From an uncultured Rikenellaceae bacterium (GTDB lineage: Bacteria > Bacteroidota > Bacteroidia > Bacteroidales > VadinHA17), in NCBI GenBank assembly GCA_964446825.1, contig CAYUQR010000003.1:69971-133970 (forward strand): DNA of 64,000 nucleotides. Reading direction: 5' to 3'. Below are positions 9,268 through 19,324 of this stretch, in pieces (the first letter of the stretch is position 1; each line of letters opens with the position of its first letter). A program made the position numbers and the translations under genes. Under the pieces are notes generated by a model that saw only the letters and a list, made by a program, of their open reading frames with translations, was not told the DNA's origin and made no database searches.

Positions 9268-10817
9268 GAAAGATAAGAATACTATGGACCGATGATGAAA
9301 TTGAAGGGCTTAAACCTCATATATTTTTCCTGCAGGAAAAAGGTTATGAGATTGATACCTGTTCAAACGGAAATGATACGATCGACCTCGTAAGACAAAA
9401 CAGGTATGATCTTATATTTCTTGATGAGAACATGCCCGGATTAAGCGGTATAGAAACACTCAGGCTAATTAAAGAGGCAAGAACAGATATCCCGGTGGTG
9501 ATGATAACAAAGAGTGAGGAAGAGAATATAATGGAAGCCGCAATAGGATCTGAAATAGCCGATTATCTTATCAAACCTGTCAAACCCAACCAGGTCCTTC
9601 TTGCAATAAAAAAAATACTTGACCAGCGAAGACTGATAACAGAAAAAACCACATCAGATTACAGGCAGGAGTTTAACCGGATCAGCAGTTTGATATCATC
9701 TGCATCAACATTCAGCGACTGGTCGGAATTGTATAAAAAGATAGTATTCTGGGAATTGGAACTTGAAAAGTCGACCGATTCAGGGATGGATGAGATTCTC
9801 AACATGCAGGAGAATGAAGCCAATAATGCCTTTTCGAGGTTCATCATGAATAACTACCTCAACTGGTTAAGTCCTGAAAACAAGGTAAAACCCCTGATGT
9901 CACCCTCCTTATTCTCAAAAAAAATATTCCCGCAAATACATTCTCACAAGCCTCTCTTTTTTATACTTATTGACAATATGAGATACGATCAGTGGAAAAC
10001 AATTTCCGCTGAACTTACCGGTTTGTTCAGAATCATCGAAGAAGAAATTTATTTCAGTATTCTCCCTACGGCAACCCAGTTCAGCCGTAATGCTATTTTT
10101 GCAGGCATGATGCCGTCAAAGATAGCTGAGACAATGCCGGATCTTTGGATTAATGACGATGAAGAGGGCGGAAAAAACACTTTTGAAGATGTCTTATTCA
10201 GGAATCAGTTAGATCGCAACGGATTAAAATACAAATGGTCGTATAATAAGATAGCCAACAGCGTTGAAGGTAAAAAGATAAATGATAAGATACATTCGCT
10301 GCTCGATAATGATATAAATATCCTCGTTTTCAATTTTGTCGATATGCTTTCCCATGCAAGGACGGATGTAGGACTGATACGCGACCTTGCCAACGATGAA
10401 CGTGCTTACAGGAGCGTAACACGTTCATGGTTCCTGCATTCCTCTCTGTTTGAACTTCTCAAAACCATCTCATCTCAGCCTGTTAAAGTGATATTCAGTA
10501 CCGACCATGGTACAATAAGGGTACAAAATCCGGTTAAAATTGTCGGCGACAGAAAGACATCATCAAATTTGAGATATAAGATGGGCAGAAATCTCGACTA
10601 TGATCCCAAAAAGGTTTTTGAGCTGACAAATCCCGAAAAAGGCATGTTACCGAAAACAAATATAAGCTCAAGATATATCTTTGCCCTTAACAAAGATTAT
10701 CTGGTGTACCAGAATAACTTCAACCATTACGCAGCCTATTACAAAGAAACCTTTCAGCATGGCGGAATTTCAATGCAGGAGATCATGCTTCCCGTTGCCA
10801 CGCTGGAGCCTGTTTAA
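9264..10817 (+). CDS. porX: T9SS response regulator PorX (CheY receiver + PglZ domain)
   Basis: 517 aa. Receiver with WTDDE acidic pocket and LIFLDENMPG phospho-acceptor Asp. The C-terminal PglZ/alkaline-phosphatase-like part has FILIDNMRYDQW and FSTDHGT. Confidence 0.85.
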   Translation: MRKIRILWTDDEIEGLKPHIFFLQEKGYEIDTCSNGNDTIDLVRQNRYDLIFLDENMPGLSGIETLRLIKEARTDIPVVMITKSEEENIMEAAIGSEIADYLIKPVKPNQVLLAIKKILDQRRLITEKTTSDYRQEFNRISSLISSASTFSDWSELYKKIVFWELELEKSTDSGMDEILNMQENEANNAFSRFIMNNYLNWLSPENKVKPLMSPSLFSKKIFPQIHSHKPLFFILIDNMRYDQWKTISAELTGLFRIIEEEIYFSILPTATQFSRNAIFAGMMPSKIAETMPDLWINDDEEGGKNTFEDVLFRNQLDRNGLKYKWSYNKIANSVEGKKINDKIHSLLDNDINILVFNFVDMLSHARTDVGLIRDLANDERAYRSVTRSWFLHSSLFELLKTISSQPVKVIFSTDHGTIRVQNPVKIVGDRKTSSNLRYKMGRNLDYDPKKVFELTNPEKGMLPKTNISSRYIFALNKDYLVYQNNFNHYAAYYKETFQHGGISMQEIMLPVATLEPV

Positions 10818-10837
10818 GAATTAGCCGACTTTCCCTT

Positions 10838-11251
10838 ATGAAAATTATTATTAAAGACAAGAGGCATCTTCATTCAGCTGCAAAACAGCTTCTGGAATAT
10901 TGCAGGGACAGAAAGATTGTTGCTTTCTATGGTTCAATGGGAGCAGGAAAGACAACCATAATAAAGACCATCTGTGAAATCATGGGTGCGGTTGATATTG
11001 TCAGCAGTCCCACTTTCACTCTTGTGAACGAGTATAAAACATCTAAAGGAGACAGCCTGTATCATATTGATTTTTACAGAATAAAAAAGACTGAAGAAGT
11101 ATTTGATTTTGGTGTGGAAGAGTACCTCTACAGCGGTTCATACTGCTTTCTGGAATGGCCGGAACTAATTGAAGATCTTCTTCCGCTCAATACTGTCAGA
11201 GTAAGAATTTCTGTTGATGAAAAAGAACATCGTATTCTGTCGATATCCTGA
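10838..11251 (+). CDS. tsaE: tRNA t6A biosynthesis ATPase TsaE
   Basis: 137 aa. FYGSMGAGKTT P-loop, SPTFTLVNEY, DFYR motifs. Confidence 0.9.
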   Translation: MKIIIKDKRHLHSAAKQLLEYCRDRKIVAFYGSMGAGKTTIIKTICEIMGAVDIVSSPTFTLVNEYKTSKGDSLYHIDFYRIKKTEEVFDFGVEEYLYSGSYCFLEWPELIEDLLPLNTVRVRISVDEKEHRILSIS

Positions 11252-11286
11252 AAAATATCTGATTTTGCTCTGTGTCCCAAATTATT

Positions 11287-11294
11287 TACCTTTG
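11287..11294 (+). promoter_or_regulatory. -7 box TACCTTTG (ald)
   Basis: Identical 13-mer TTATTTACCTTTG, 19 nt upstream of ATG 11314. Confidence 0.5.
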
Positions 11295-11313
11295 AGAAAA
11301 TAACCCTGACCCT

Positions 11314-12537
11314 ATGATGAACAACAAAGGTAAGAGCGGAAATGTCACTTTTGGCAATACAGCGTTCATGCCAAAAGAAGAGCTTCTGGAGACTGCTGTT
11401 AAAAACCGGAAAATTTCAATCGGTATCCCATGCGACAAAAAAGATGATGAAAAAAGGGTGGCCCTGACACCTGAAGCTGTTAATTTACTGCTGGCAGGAG
11501 GCAATGAGGTAATTGTTCAGAAAGGTGCCGGACACGGAGCTAATTATACCGATAAGGATTACAGTGAAAACGGGGCTATAATAAGTGATTCTCCTGCAAG
11601 GGTGTACAGTGCAGATGTTGTTATAAAAGTTGCGCCCTTCTCCGAGAAAGAAACTGATTATCTGAAAGGAAACCAGCTGGTCATATCTTATCTGAACGTC
11701 CTGAAGCTCAGTGAAGAGACTCTTGCTAAACTGATAAGGAAAAAAGTAACTGCTATAGCTTTTGAAAAGATCCGCGATAATGACGGTGAATTTCCTGTTG
11801 TTGAATCAATGAGCGAGATAGCCGGTATCACCTCTCTGCTGATCGCTTCTGAATACCTGAGCAATATGCATGGCGGCAAGGGTGTTATGCTGGGAGGAAT
11901 CACAGGAGTTACACCGACTGAAGTGCTTATTCTTGGCGCCAATACTGCGGGAGAATGTGCTGCGAGAGCAGCTCTCGGACTGGGATCGACTGTGAAAATC
12001 TTCGACAGCTCCCTTAACAGGCTCAGAAGATTCCAGAATCTCCTCGGAAGACGCCTGCAGACATCCGTTTTTCATCCCCAGGTTTTAACCAAAGCTCTTA
12101 AGTCTGCCGATGTACTGATAGGAGCTATTGAACTTGAGGACCTTCGTCCATGGTACTATATCACTGAGGATATGGTACGTAACATGAAAAAAGGAGCCGT
12201 TGTTATTGACCTCAGCATCGATCGCGGAGGCTGCATAGAAACGACGGAATGCAGGGCTCTTAAGGATCCTGTCTATGAGAAACATGGAGTTATTCATTTT
12301 TCAGCCTGGAATCTGCCTTCACGGGTTGCACGTACAGCGTCTATAGCGCTCAGCAATATCTTCACCCCATTACTTCAGAGCCTGGCTGATGCAGGGGGAA
12401 TTACTCAGCTGCTGAAGAGTGATCTGGGTGTCAGGAATGGTGCTTATTTATATACCGGGATACTTACAAATGAAACATTGGGACAAAAATTTGGTATCCT
12501 CTCAAAAGATCTTGACCTTCTTCTCACAGCCTTCTGA
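11314..12537 (+). CDS. ald: alanine dehydrogenase family protein (AlaDH/PNT fold)
   Basis: 407 aa. N-terminal EKRVALTPEAV and NAD-binding VLILGANTAGECAARAALGLG. Confidence 0.75.
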   Translation: MMNNKGKSGNVTFGNTAFMPKEELLETAVKNRKISIGIPCDKKDDEKRVALTPEAVNLLLAGGNEVIVQKGAGHGANYTDKDYSENGAIISDSPARVYSADVVIKVAPFSEKETDYLKGNQLVISYLNVLKLSEETLAKLIRKKVTAIAFEKIRDNDGEFPVVESMSEIAGITSLLIASEYLSNMHGGKGVMLGGITGVTPTEVLILGANTAGECAARAALGLGSTVKIFDSSLNRLRRFQNLLGRRLQTSVFHPQVLTKALKSADVLIGAIELEDLRPWYYITEDMVRNMKKGAVVIDLSIDRGGCIETTECRALKDPVYEKHGVIHFSAWNLPSRVARTASIALSNIFTPLLQSLADAGGITQLLKSDLGVRNGAYLYTGILTNETLGQKFGILSKDLDLLLTAF

Positions 12538-12578
12538 AAATCAATCATATATAAGGACCAATTCCCCTTCTTCAATCC

Positions 12579-13124
12579 TTATTTCTGCATCCTGTCAATA
12601 TGATAATAATGTTCCCCTGTCTCTTCAATGAACAAGATCTTTCCCTTTGCTGTAAACTCTGCATGCGTACCTGTCAGACTATAAATAAGTGAAAATTTTC
12701 CACCCGTCACTTCTTCCCCGGTATTGCCCGGCCTGTAAACTGAACCCTCCCGTTCACAGCTCTTAAGACCACTAAATAATGCATCTTTTAATGTGCTGAA
12801 GGTTTCTATTGTCTTTTCTGGATTATTAAAATTCAGAGGCATTTCACAATGCAGAGTAACCAGTTGACATACCCTGTTCAGCCACATATGAAGTACGGTA
12901 ATGTCGCTGAAACCGGTAAACCATTTGGGATTTTCTTTCAGCGCTGAAAAATCAACCCGGGCAATAATTTTTGAAACGCCATATCCTCCCCTCGAACAGA
13001 TGACGGCCTTAATATCATGGTCATTAACCATCTTCTGGAGATCAGATAGCACGGATTGCAAATCCACGTTATCATGCGGTTCTTCAGTTTCGGGATTACA
13101 CCCCCCTCTGCCGCTGCGCGGCAT
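12579..13124 (-). pseudogene. ldcA: LD-carboxypeptidase (peptidase S66) remnant, truncated at both ends
   Basis: 181 aa core with AVICSRGGYG, nucleophile motif GFSDITVLH and LFIEETGEHYYHIDRM. The ORF stops 41 nt from the ald stop, so the His-bearing C-terminal part is absent. The N-terminal residues MPRSGRGGCNPE are read-through of a GC-rich repeat. Confidence 0.6.
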
Positions 13125-13145
13125 CTCCCCCTAAAGGGTGGAGAG
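13098..13145 (+). repeat. GC-rich two-hairpin element, copy A
   Basis: ACACCCCCCTCTG + hairpin GCCGC-TGC-GCGGC + imperfect hairpin TCTCCCCC..GGGTGGAGA. Confidence 0.8.
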
Positions 13146-13186
13146 AAGACGGTTTCATCTGGTTAAATTTCACTTATTTGCAGCTA

Positions 13187-13231
13187 TTTCTCCCCCTCCC
13201 AGGGGGAGTGCCCGAAGGGCAAGGGGGGTGT
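13187..13231 (-). repeat. GC-rich two-hairpin element, copy B (inverted)
   Basis: CTCCCCCT-CCC-AGGGGGAG and TGCCC-GAA-GGGCA then AGGGGGGTGT. The reverse complement aligns with copies A and C. Confidence 0.8.
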
Positions 13232-13275
13232 ATCGAACAGCAGGGTTTTTCTTTAGCATACTGTTTCGGAGAGGA

Positions 13276-13323
13276 ACACCCCCTCTGTCCCGCAGAGCGG
13301 GACATCTCCCCCGGAGGGGGAGA
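13276..13323 (+). repeat. GC-rich two-hairpin element, copy C
   Basis: ACACCCCCTCTG + GTCCCGC-AGA-GCGGGAC + TCTCCCCC-GGA-GGGGGAGA (perfect 7- and 8-bp stems). Confidence 0.85.
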
Positions 13324-13350
13324 AATCTCTGGAAGTAAGTGAATTTTTCT

Positions 13351-13358
13351 TATCTTTG
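13351..13358 (+). promoter_or_regulatory. -7 box TATCTTTG (metG)
   Basis: 39 nt upstream of ATG 13398. Confidence 0.45.
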
Positions 13359-13397
13359 TTCGGTTTAAAAAATTGCTAACACCTCATTATCAGAATC

Positions 13398-15431
13398 ATG
13401 AAGAATTTCAAAAGATATCTTATAACATCTGCACTTCCTTATGCAAATGGGCCAATCCATATCGGGCACCTGGCAGGAGTTTATGTTCCATCCGATATAT
13501 ATACAAGGTACCTGAGAATGAAAGGTGAAGATGTGATATCAGTTTGCGGATCAGATGAACATGGTGTCCCCATAACTCTGAAAGCCCGTAAAGAAGGTGT
13601 TACTCCTCAGGAAATTGTAAACAGGTATCATGCCATAAATAAAAAAGCTTTTGAAGATTTTGGAATAGCTTTCGATATATATTCACGAACATCCAATAAG
13701 GTACATTATGATACGGCTTCTGAATTTTTCAGGACACTTTATGATAAAGGCAAATTCACTGAAAAATCTTCCGAACAGTATTATGATGAAGAAGCCGGTT
13801 GTTTTCTGGCTGACAGGTATATTACAGGTACATGTCCGCATTGCGGAAACGAGGATGCCTACGGCGACCAGTGCGAAAAGTGCGGAACATCGCTGAGCCC
13901 GAACGAACTCATCAATCCCCATTCGATGGTAAGCGGAAGCAAACCGGTGCTGCGTGAAACATTGCACTGGTACCTTCCTCTCGAAAAATATGAGCCCTGG
14001 CTTAAGGAATGGATCCTTGAAGGCCATAAGGAATGGAAGGCAAATGTTTATGGACAGTGCAAGTCGTGGATAGACCAGGGTCTTCAACCGAGAGCTGTCA
14101 GCCGCGATCTCGACTGGGGTGTTCCTGTGCCGGTTAAAGGAGCAGAAGGAAAGGTACTTTATGTGTGGTTTGATGCCCCTATAGGTTATATTTCAGCCAC
14201 AAAAGAACTTACTCCTGATTGGGAAAAATACTGGAAAGACGTAGAGACAAAGATGATCCATTTCATCGGGAAAGACAATATTGTTTTTCATTGTATAATA
14301 TTCCCTGCAATGCTCAAGGCAGAAGGAAGCTTTATACTTCCGGAAAATGTTCCTGCAAACGAATTCCTCAATCTCGAAAATGACAAGATATCCACCTCAA
14401 GAAACTGGGCGGTATGGCTGCATGAATACCTGGTGGACTTTCCGGGGAAACAGGATGTTCTGAGATATTCCCTTTGTGCCAGTGCTCCTGAAACGAAAGA
14501 TAATGATTTCACATGGAAGGATTTCCAGGCCAGGAACAACAATGAACTGGTTGCTATTCTGGGGAACTTCATTAACAGAGCCCTTGTACTAACAAATAAT
14601 TATTACAACGGGAAGGTGCCTGAAAGAGGAATAACCGATGAAAATGACGACAGTGTTCTGGCTGAAATAAAACGCATAAGAGAAAATGTTGAGACCAGTC
14701 TTGAGGCATTCAGGTTCAGAGAGGCCCTCAAAGAAGCAATGAACCTGGCCAGACTTGGCAATAAATATCTTGCCGATGCTGAGCCTTGGAAAGTTATTAA
14801 AACCGATCCGGAAAGGGTAAAGACAATAATGAACATCGCCTTACAGATAACCGCCAACCTTACAATCATCTGTGAACCTTTCCTTCCTTTTTCCATGGAA
14901 AAACTTGGCAGCATGATCAATTTCCGCGAGATGAACTGGAACAACGCCGGCAGAACTGATCTTCTGCCTTCCGGCCATATTATCAATAAACCGGAGTTGT
15001 TGTTTGAAAAGATTGAAGATAAAGAGATCGCGCGACAGATAAATAAGCTTCTTGCCACGAAAAAAGCCAATGAATCGACTAATACACAATCTGTCCCAGG
15101 TAAAGAAATGATAACCTTTGATGATTTCAGTAAAATCGATATCAGAACCGCCACTATCCTTGAAGCTGAAAAAGTCCCAAAAACAACTAAACTTCTTAAG
15201 CTCACCATTGATACGGGTCTCGATATACGCACCATAGTTTCCGGCATTGCCGAATACTATGAGCCGGAGACTATCATTGGCAGACAGATATCCATTGTGG
15301 CCAACCTTGAGCCCCGCAAGATAAAAGGCATAGAGTCAAAAGGGATGATACTGATGGCTGAGGATAAAGACGGGAAACTGGTTATGGTAATCCCTGCTGA
15401 TAAAGTCAGTAACGGCAGTATGATAAAGTAA
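13398..15431 (+). CDS. metG: methionine--tRNA ligase
   Basis: 677 aa. PIHIGHLAG, zinc knuckles CPHCG/CEKCG, KISTS, C-terminal tRNA-binding domain. Confidence 0.95.
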   Translation: MKNFKRYLITSALPYANGPIHIGHLAGVYVPSDIYTRYLRMKGEDVISVCGSDEHGVPITLKARKEGVTPQEIVNRYHAINKKAFEDFGIAFDIYSRTSNKVHYDTASEFFRTLYDKGKFTEKSSEQYYDEEAGCFLADRYITGTCPHCGNEDAYGDQCEKCGTSLSPNELINPHSMVSGSKPVLRETLHWYLPLEKYEPWLKEWILEGHKEWKANVYGQCKSWIDQGLQPRAVSRDLDWGVPVPVKGAEGKVLYVWFDAPIGYISATKELTPDWEKYWKDVETKMIHFIGKDNIVFHCIIFPAMLKAEGSFILPENVPANEFLNLENDKISTSRNWAVWLHEYLVDFPGKQDVLRYSLCASAPETKDNDFTWKDFQARNNNELVAILGNFINRALVLTNNYYNGKVPERGITDENDDSVLAEIKRIRENVETSLEAFRFREALKEAMNLARLGNKYLADAEPWKVIKTDPERVKTIMNIALQITANLTIICEPFLPFSMEKLGSMINFREMNWNNAGRTDLLPSGHIINKPELLFEKIEDKEIARQINKLLATKKANESTNTQSVPGKEMITFDDFSKIDIRTATILEAEKVPKTTKLLKLTIDTGLDIRTIVSGIAEYYEPETIIGRQISIVANLEPRKIKGIESKGMILMAEDKDGKLVMVIPADKVSNGSMIK

Positions 15432-15432
15432 T

Positions 15433-16416
15433 TTATTGTTTCCTGGAGATCCAGGCGCCGGGGAATTTTTTTGCGATGCTGTCTTTTTTTGAAAGAGCAG
15501 CATTCATATTATTACATCCCATGGCACATACCCTGTAAAATCCATTAGGAGCAGGCATTACTTCAGGATCGAAGCCTTCTTCCTTTAATATCTTCACCTG
15601 GGAGAGTGCGTTTTCTTCCGATTTGAAGCTTCCGGTTATAATAAAAAAATAATTAATCTCAGAAGGAGTTTCCGTTATAGCAGGCGCCGTTTCAGTTACT
15701 ATTACCGCCGGTACTTCAGCAACAGGTTTACTATTCTCTTCAGCTACTGCCGATGCATTCTTAACACTCTCATCAATAGCCTTTTTATTATGTTCGAATT
15801 CAGCTGAAACGAGCGGATTCATTGTTGTTGTCTCCACCTTCGCCTTAAAGAGGTCCGTTGTAAGAGGTACGGCCAAAACAACAGCGAGGAGAGGAATAAA
15901 AATTGCTGCCCTCCACAATATCTTTCTCCTGAAAGCCTGTTTCACAGGATCCTTGTCGATATGCCTTGTAATTCTCTTTCTTACATCATACCCTTCGAGC
16001 GGCATGCACTGAAAAGACTCAAGTCCGTATGAATCGAGGTGATAATTAACGTTCCTGTCTGGCTCAAACTGGATATTTCCTTCATGGTTATTAACAAAGC
16101 TTCCGATCTTATCGAAGGTTACCTTCTCCCCTTTCTCAAGCTTTTTCTTTATGCCTGAAACGAACTCATCAACCAGCGTCCTGGCATCGCCATAATTAAT
16201 TCCTGCTGTACCCGAGATTCTTCCTAATAAAAGGCCGTCATTATGATTCAGGTTCCTGTTGAACGATATCTGCTTGACAGGCGGGTAAAAAGTCCCCGTA
16301 CTCTTGTCAATCTGTGCCGGTGTATAGTTTCCAATGAAACCGCCAAAACCCGGAACAATAACACAGTCGTGCCCGAACAATAATTCCCGTATGAAAGCAG
16401 TAATATCCAATTTCAA
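15433..16416 (-). CDS. HU-CCDC81-like N-terminal domain / SPOR C-terminal domain protein
   Basis: 327 aa, TTG start. N-terminus FIRELLFGHDCVIVPGFGGFIGNY, one TM segment, C-terminal SPOR-like FFIITGSFKSEENA...GFYRV. Confidence 0.7.
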   Translation of the reverse strand: MKLDITAFIRELLFGHDCVIVPGFGGFIGNYTPAQIDKSTGTFYPPVKQISFNRNLNHNDGLLLGRISGTAGINYGDARTLVDEFVSGIKKKLEKGEKVTFDKIGSFVNNHEGNIQFEPDRNVNYHLDSYGLESFQCMPLEGYDVRKRITRHIDKDPVKQAFRRKILWRAAIFIPLLAVVLAVPLTTDLFKAKVETTTMNPLVSAEFEHNKKAIDESVKNASAVAEENSKPVAEVPAVIVTETAPAITETPSEINYFFIITGSFKSEENALSQVKILKEEGFDPEVMPAPNGFYRVCAMGCNNMNAALSKKDSIAKKFPGAWISRKQ

Positions 16417-16435
16417 TTCATTTTTTTTACAAATA

Positions 16436-16443
16436 CAAATTTA
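16436..16443 (-). promoter_or_regulatory. -7 box TAAATTTG (SPOR gene)
   Basis: CAAATTTA on the plus strand, 19 nt upstream of the TTG start at 16416. Confidence 0.4.
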
Positions 16444-16621
16444 ATAAAAAATTATTGATTGCAATAAAGAATAGATCCCTCATGGTTTTCCAATAAATTT
16501 TCCCCGCCTGTTTTCTTAAGAGCACAGGGTGATGTTATTTTTTAATAGCCACTGTACTATGGATAAAGGGGAAAAAGTCTGGTAAAAATATTATCTTCGT
16601 ATTTCAAAAATTTCGCCAGGA

Positions 16622-17758
16622 ATGAGAGAAATACAGATGGTCGACCTGAGAGCCCAGTATGATAAGCTCGGATATGAAATTGACAATGCCATTAAATCGG
16701 TGCTGGAATCCACCGCCTTTATAAAAGGACCTGATGTCAGGCTATTTGAAGAAGAGTTAGCCGAATATATGGGAGTAAAGCATGTTATTTCCTGTGCAAA
16801 CGGCACAGATGCTCTGTATCTTGCTATGATGGTCCTGGGACTCAGACCGGGTGATGAGGTTATTACCACAAACTTCACATTCATAGCAACAGTGGAGGTG
16901 GTTGCTCTTCTGGGATTAAAGCTGGTTATTGTTGATCCTGATCCGGGGACCTTTAATATTTCAGTGGAAGCTGTAAAAAAAGCCATTACACCCCGGACAA
17001 AAGTTATTGTACCTGTACATGTTTTCGGTCAGTGTGCAGATATGGAAAGCCTGATGGAGCTCGCCAAAGCCCATAACCTGTTTATAATCGAAGATGCCGC
17101 ACAGGCAACCGGAACTGACTATCTTTTCCGTGACGGCACCATCAAAAAGGCCGGTACAATAGGACACATAGGAACAACTTCTTTTTTCCCGTCCAAAAAC
17201 CTCGGTTGTTATGGTGACGGAGGGGCTTTATATACAAACGATGATGCTTTCGCAAAAAAACTGAGAAGCATTGCAAATCATGGCATGAAGGTGAGATATC
17301 ATTACGATGATATCGGAATTAACTCGCGGCTTGATACTATTCAGGCTGCAATATTAAGGGTGAAGCTGAGATACCTGGCTCAGTTTAACAAGGCAAGGCG
17401 TACGGTCGCCGATTTTTATGATGAAGCATTTACCGGTTGTACTTCAATAATCGCTCCGGAAAGGGCAGATTATTCTTCTCATATATTTCATCAGTATACA
17501 ATAAAGGTTAAAAGCGGACTGAGGGATGACCTGAAGAGATTTCTCGAGACAAAGAAGATACCGTCGATGGTATATTATCCCGGACCTCTTCATATGCAGG
17601 AAGCTTACAGGTACCTTGGATACAAGGAGAATGATTTCCCCGTTACCAATTCGCTGTGCAAAGAAGTTCTGTCATTACCTATTCACCCCGATATGGAAAC
17701 GGAGCAGCTTGATTATATTGTGCTTAATGTTCTTGAATTCTTCGATAAACAAGTATAA
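16622..17758 (+). CDS. wbpE: DegT/DnrJ/EryC1 PLP-dependent sugar aminotransferase (WbpE-like)
   Basis: 378 aa. MVDLRAQY start region and [16 protein letters not shown] carrying the PLP lysine. Confidence 0.8.
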   Translation: MREIQMVDLRAQYDKLGYEIDNAIKSVLESTAFIKGPDVRLFEEELAEYMGVKHVISCANGTDALYLAMMVLGLRPGDEVITTNFTFIATVEVVALLGLKLVIVDPDPGTFNISVEAVKKAITPRTKVIVPVHVFGQCADMESLMELAKAHNLFIIEDAAQATGTDYLFRDGTIKKAGTIGHIGTTSFFPSKNLGCYGDGGALYTNDDAFAKKLRSIANHGMKVRYHYDDIGINSRLDTIQAAILRVKLRYLAQFNKARRTVADFYDEAFTGCTSIIAPERADYSSHIFHQYTIKVKSGLRDDLKRFLETKKIPSMVYYPGPLHMQEAYRYLGYKENDFPVTNSLCKEVLSLPIHPDMETEQLDYIVLNVLEFFDKQV

Positions 17759-18336
17759 TGGAGAAAAAATATTTTGCTCACGAAACAGCTGTTATTGATG
17801 ACGGCTGCAAAATTGGAAAAGGAACAAAAATATGGCACTTCAGCCATATTATGACTGGTTCGGAAATAGGTGAAAACTGCAACATCGGACAAAATGTGGT
17901 TATATCTCCCGAAGTAAAACTGGGGAATAACGTAAAAGTACAGAATAATGTTTCCGTCTATACCGGAGTTATCTGCGAGGATGATGTTTTCCTGGGACCT
18001 TCAATGGTATTTACGAACGTTATTAATCCACGGAGTGCCGTGATCAGGAAAGATAAGTATATGAAGACAGTGGTTGAAAAAGGGGCCTCAATAGGGGCTA
18101 ACTCAACTATCATATGCGGAAATACAATAGGCAGCTATTCTTTCATTGGTGCCGGAGCCGTCGTTACAAAAGATGTAAAACCGTATGCTCTTGTTGTGGG
18201 CAACCCGGCTCGTCAGACAGGATGGATAAGTGAATTCGGACATAAGCTTTCCTTTGACAGCAATGGCATTGCCACGTGCCCTGAAAGCGATGAGAGATAC
18301 CGGCTTGAAAACGGCACTGTTTCTAAAATAATTTAG
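17758..18336 (+). CDS. wbpD: hexapeptide-repeat N-acetyltransferase (WbpD-like)
   Basis: 192 aa left-handed beta-helix repeats, [26 protein letters not shown]. Start overlaps the wbpE stop (TAATG). Confidence 0.8.
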   Translation: MEKKYFAHETAVIDDGCKIGKGTKIWHFSHIMTGSEIGENCNIGQNVVISPEVKLGNNVKVQNNVSVYTGVICEDDVFLGPSMVFTNVINPRSAVIRKDKYMKTVVEKGASIGANSTIICGNTIGSYSFIGAGAVVTKDVKPYALVVGNPARQTGWISEFGHKLSFDSNGIATCPESDERYRLENGTVSKII

Positions 18337-18360
18337 TATTTTTATGCTCCGATAAAGGAT

Positions 18361-19323
18361 ATGCAGATGATGGAAAAACCAAAAAATTTTGGGATAATTG
18401 GAGTCGCAGGTTATATTGCCTTAAGACATCTCCATGCAATAAAGGAGACGGGGAATAACCTGCTGGCAAGCCTTGATAAATTTGACAGTGTTGGCCGGAT
18501 AGACAGTTACTTTCCTGAAAGCGATTTTTTTGTGGAATTTGAAAGATTCGACAGACATTTTGATAAACTGAAGCGTACCGGTACAAAAATTGATTATGTG
18601 AGCATATGTTCTCCAAATTATCTACACGATTCCCATATCAGGTTTGCTTTAAGGCAGCAGGCTGAAGCAATTTGCGAAAAACCCATTGTACTCAATCCCT
18701 GGAATGTAGATGCCCTTCAGGAGATCGAAAAAGAAACAGGACGAAACATTTATACTGTTCTTCAGCTCAGGCTCCATCCAAAATTGCTGGAGCTTAAGGA
18801 AAAGATCCGTACCGGCCCGAAAGATAAAATATACGATATTGACTTAACCTATATAACCAGCCGTGGTAACTGGTATTCTTTTTCATGGAAAGGAGATATC
18901 CAGAAATCCGGTGGTGTTGCCACAAATATCGGGATTCATTTTTTCGACATGCTTAGCTGGATATTCGGACCAGCCAGAAATAATATTGTTCATGTTTCCG
19001 TATCAAACAAAGCTGCCGGGTACCTGGAACTTGAAAAGGCAAGGGTAAGATGGTTCCTCAGTATCGACTATAACGATATCCCCGCTTCAGTGAAAGCCAG
19101 CGGACAAAGAACATTCAGGTCGATAGTTGTGGATAACAAGGAGATAGAATTCAGTGACGGATTTACCGATCTTCATACACTTACATACAAAGAGATACTG
19201 GCAGGGAGGGGCTTTGGGCTGAAGGAAGCCAGGCAGTCAGTCGAAACAGCTTATATAATTAGAAATGCCAAACCTGTTGGTTTACAGGGCGATTATCACC
19301 CCATACTTAAATCAATTAAATAA
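18361..19323 (+). CDS. wbpB: Gfo/Idh/MocA oxidoreductase (WbpB-like UDP-sugar 3-dehydrogenase)
   Basis: 320 aa. Rossmann N-terminus FGIIGVAGYIALRH and EKP motif (AICEKPIVL). Confidence 0.75.
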   Translation: MQMMEKPKNFGIIGVAGYIALRHLHAIKETGNNLLASLDKFDSVGRIDSYFPESDFFVEFERFDRHFDKLKRTGTKIDYVSICSPNYLHDSHIRFALRQQAEAICEKPIVLNPWNVDALQEIEKETGRNIYTVLQLRLHPKLLELKEKIRTGPKDKIYDIDLTYITSRGNWYSFSWKGDIQKSGGVATNIGIHFFDMLSWIFGPARNNIVHVSVSNKAAGYLELEKARVRWFLSIDYNDIPASVKASGQRTFRSIVVDNKEIEFSDGFTDLHTLTYKEILAGRGFGLKEARQSVETAYIIRNAKPVGLQGDYHPILKSIK

Positions 19324-19324
19324 T

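Noticed and set aside
13098-13323. Possibility that the repeated GC-rich units form a small CRISPR array
   Set aside because: There are only three units, one of them inverted, with unequal spacing and internal hairpin pairs. No cas genes or leader are in the window.
13138-13338. 66-aa Arg/Pro/Gly-rich plus-strand ORF
   Set aside because: It is entirely a translation of the GC-rich hairpin repeats B and C.
14603-15247. 214-aa minus-strand ORF
   Set aside because: It is antisense within metG. It is a Ser/Leu-rich shadow ORF.
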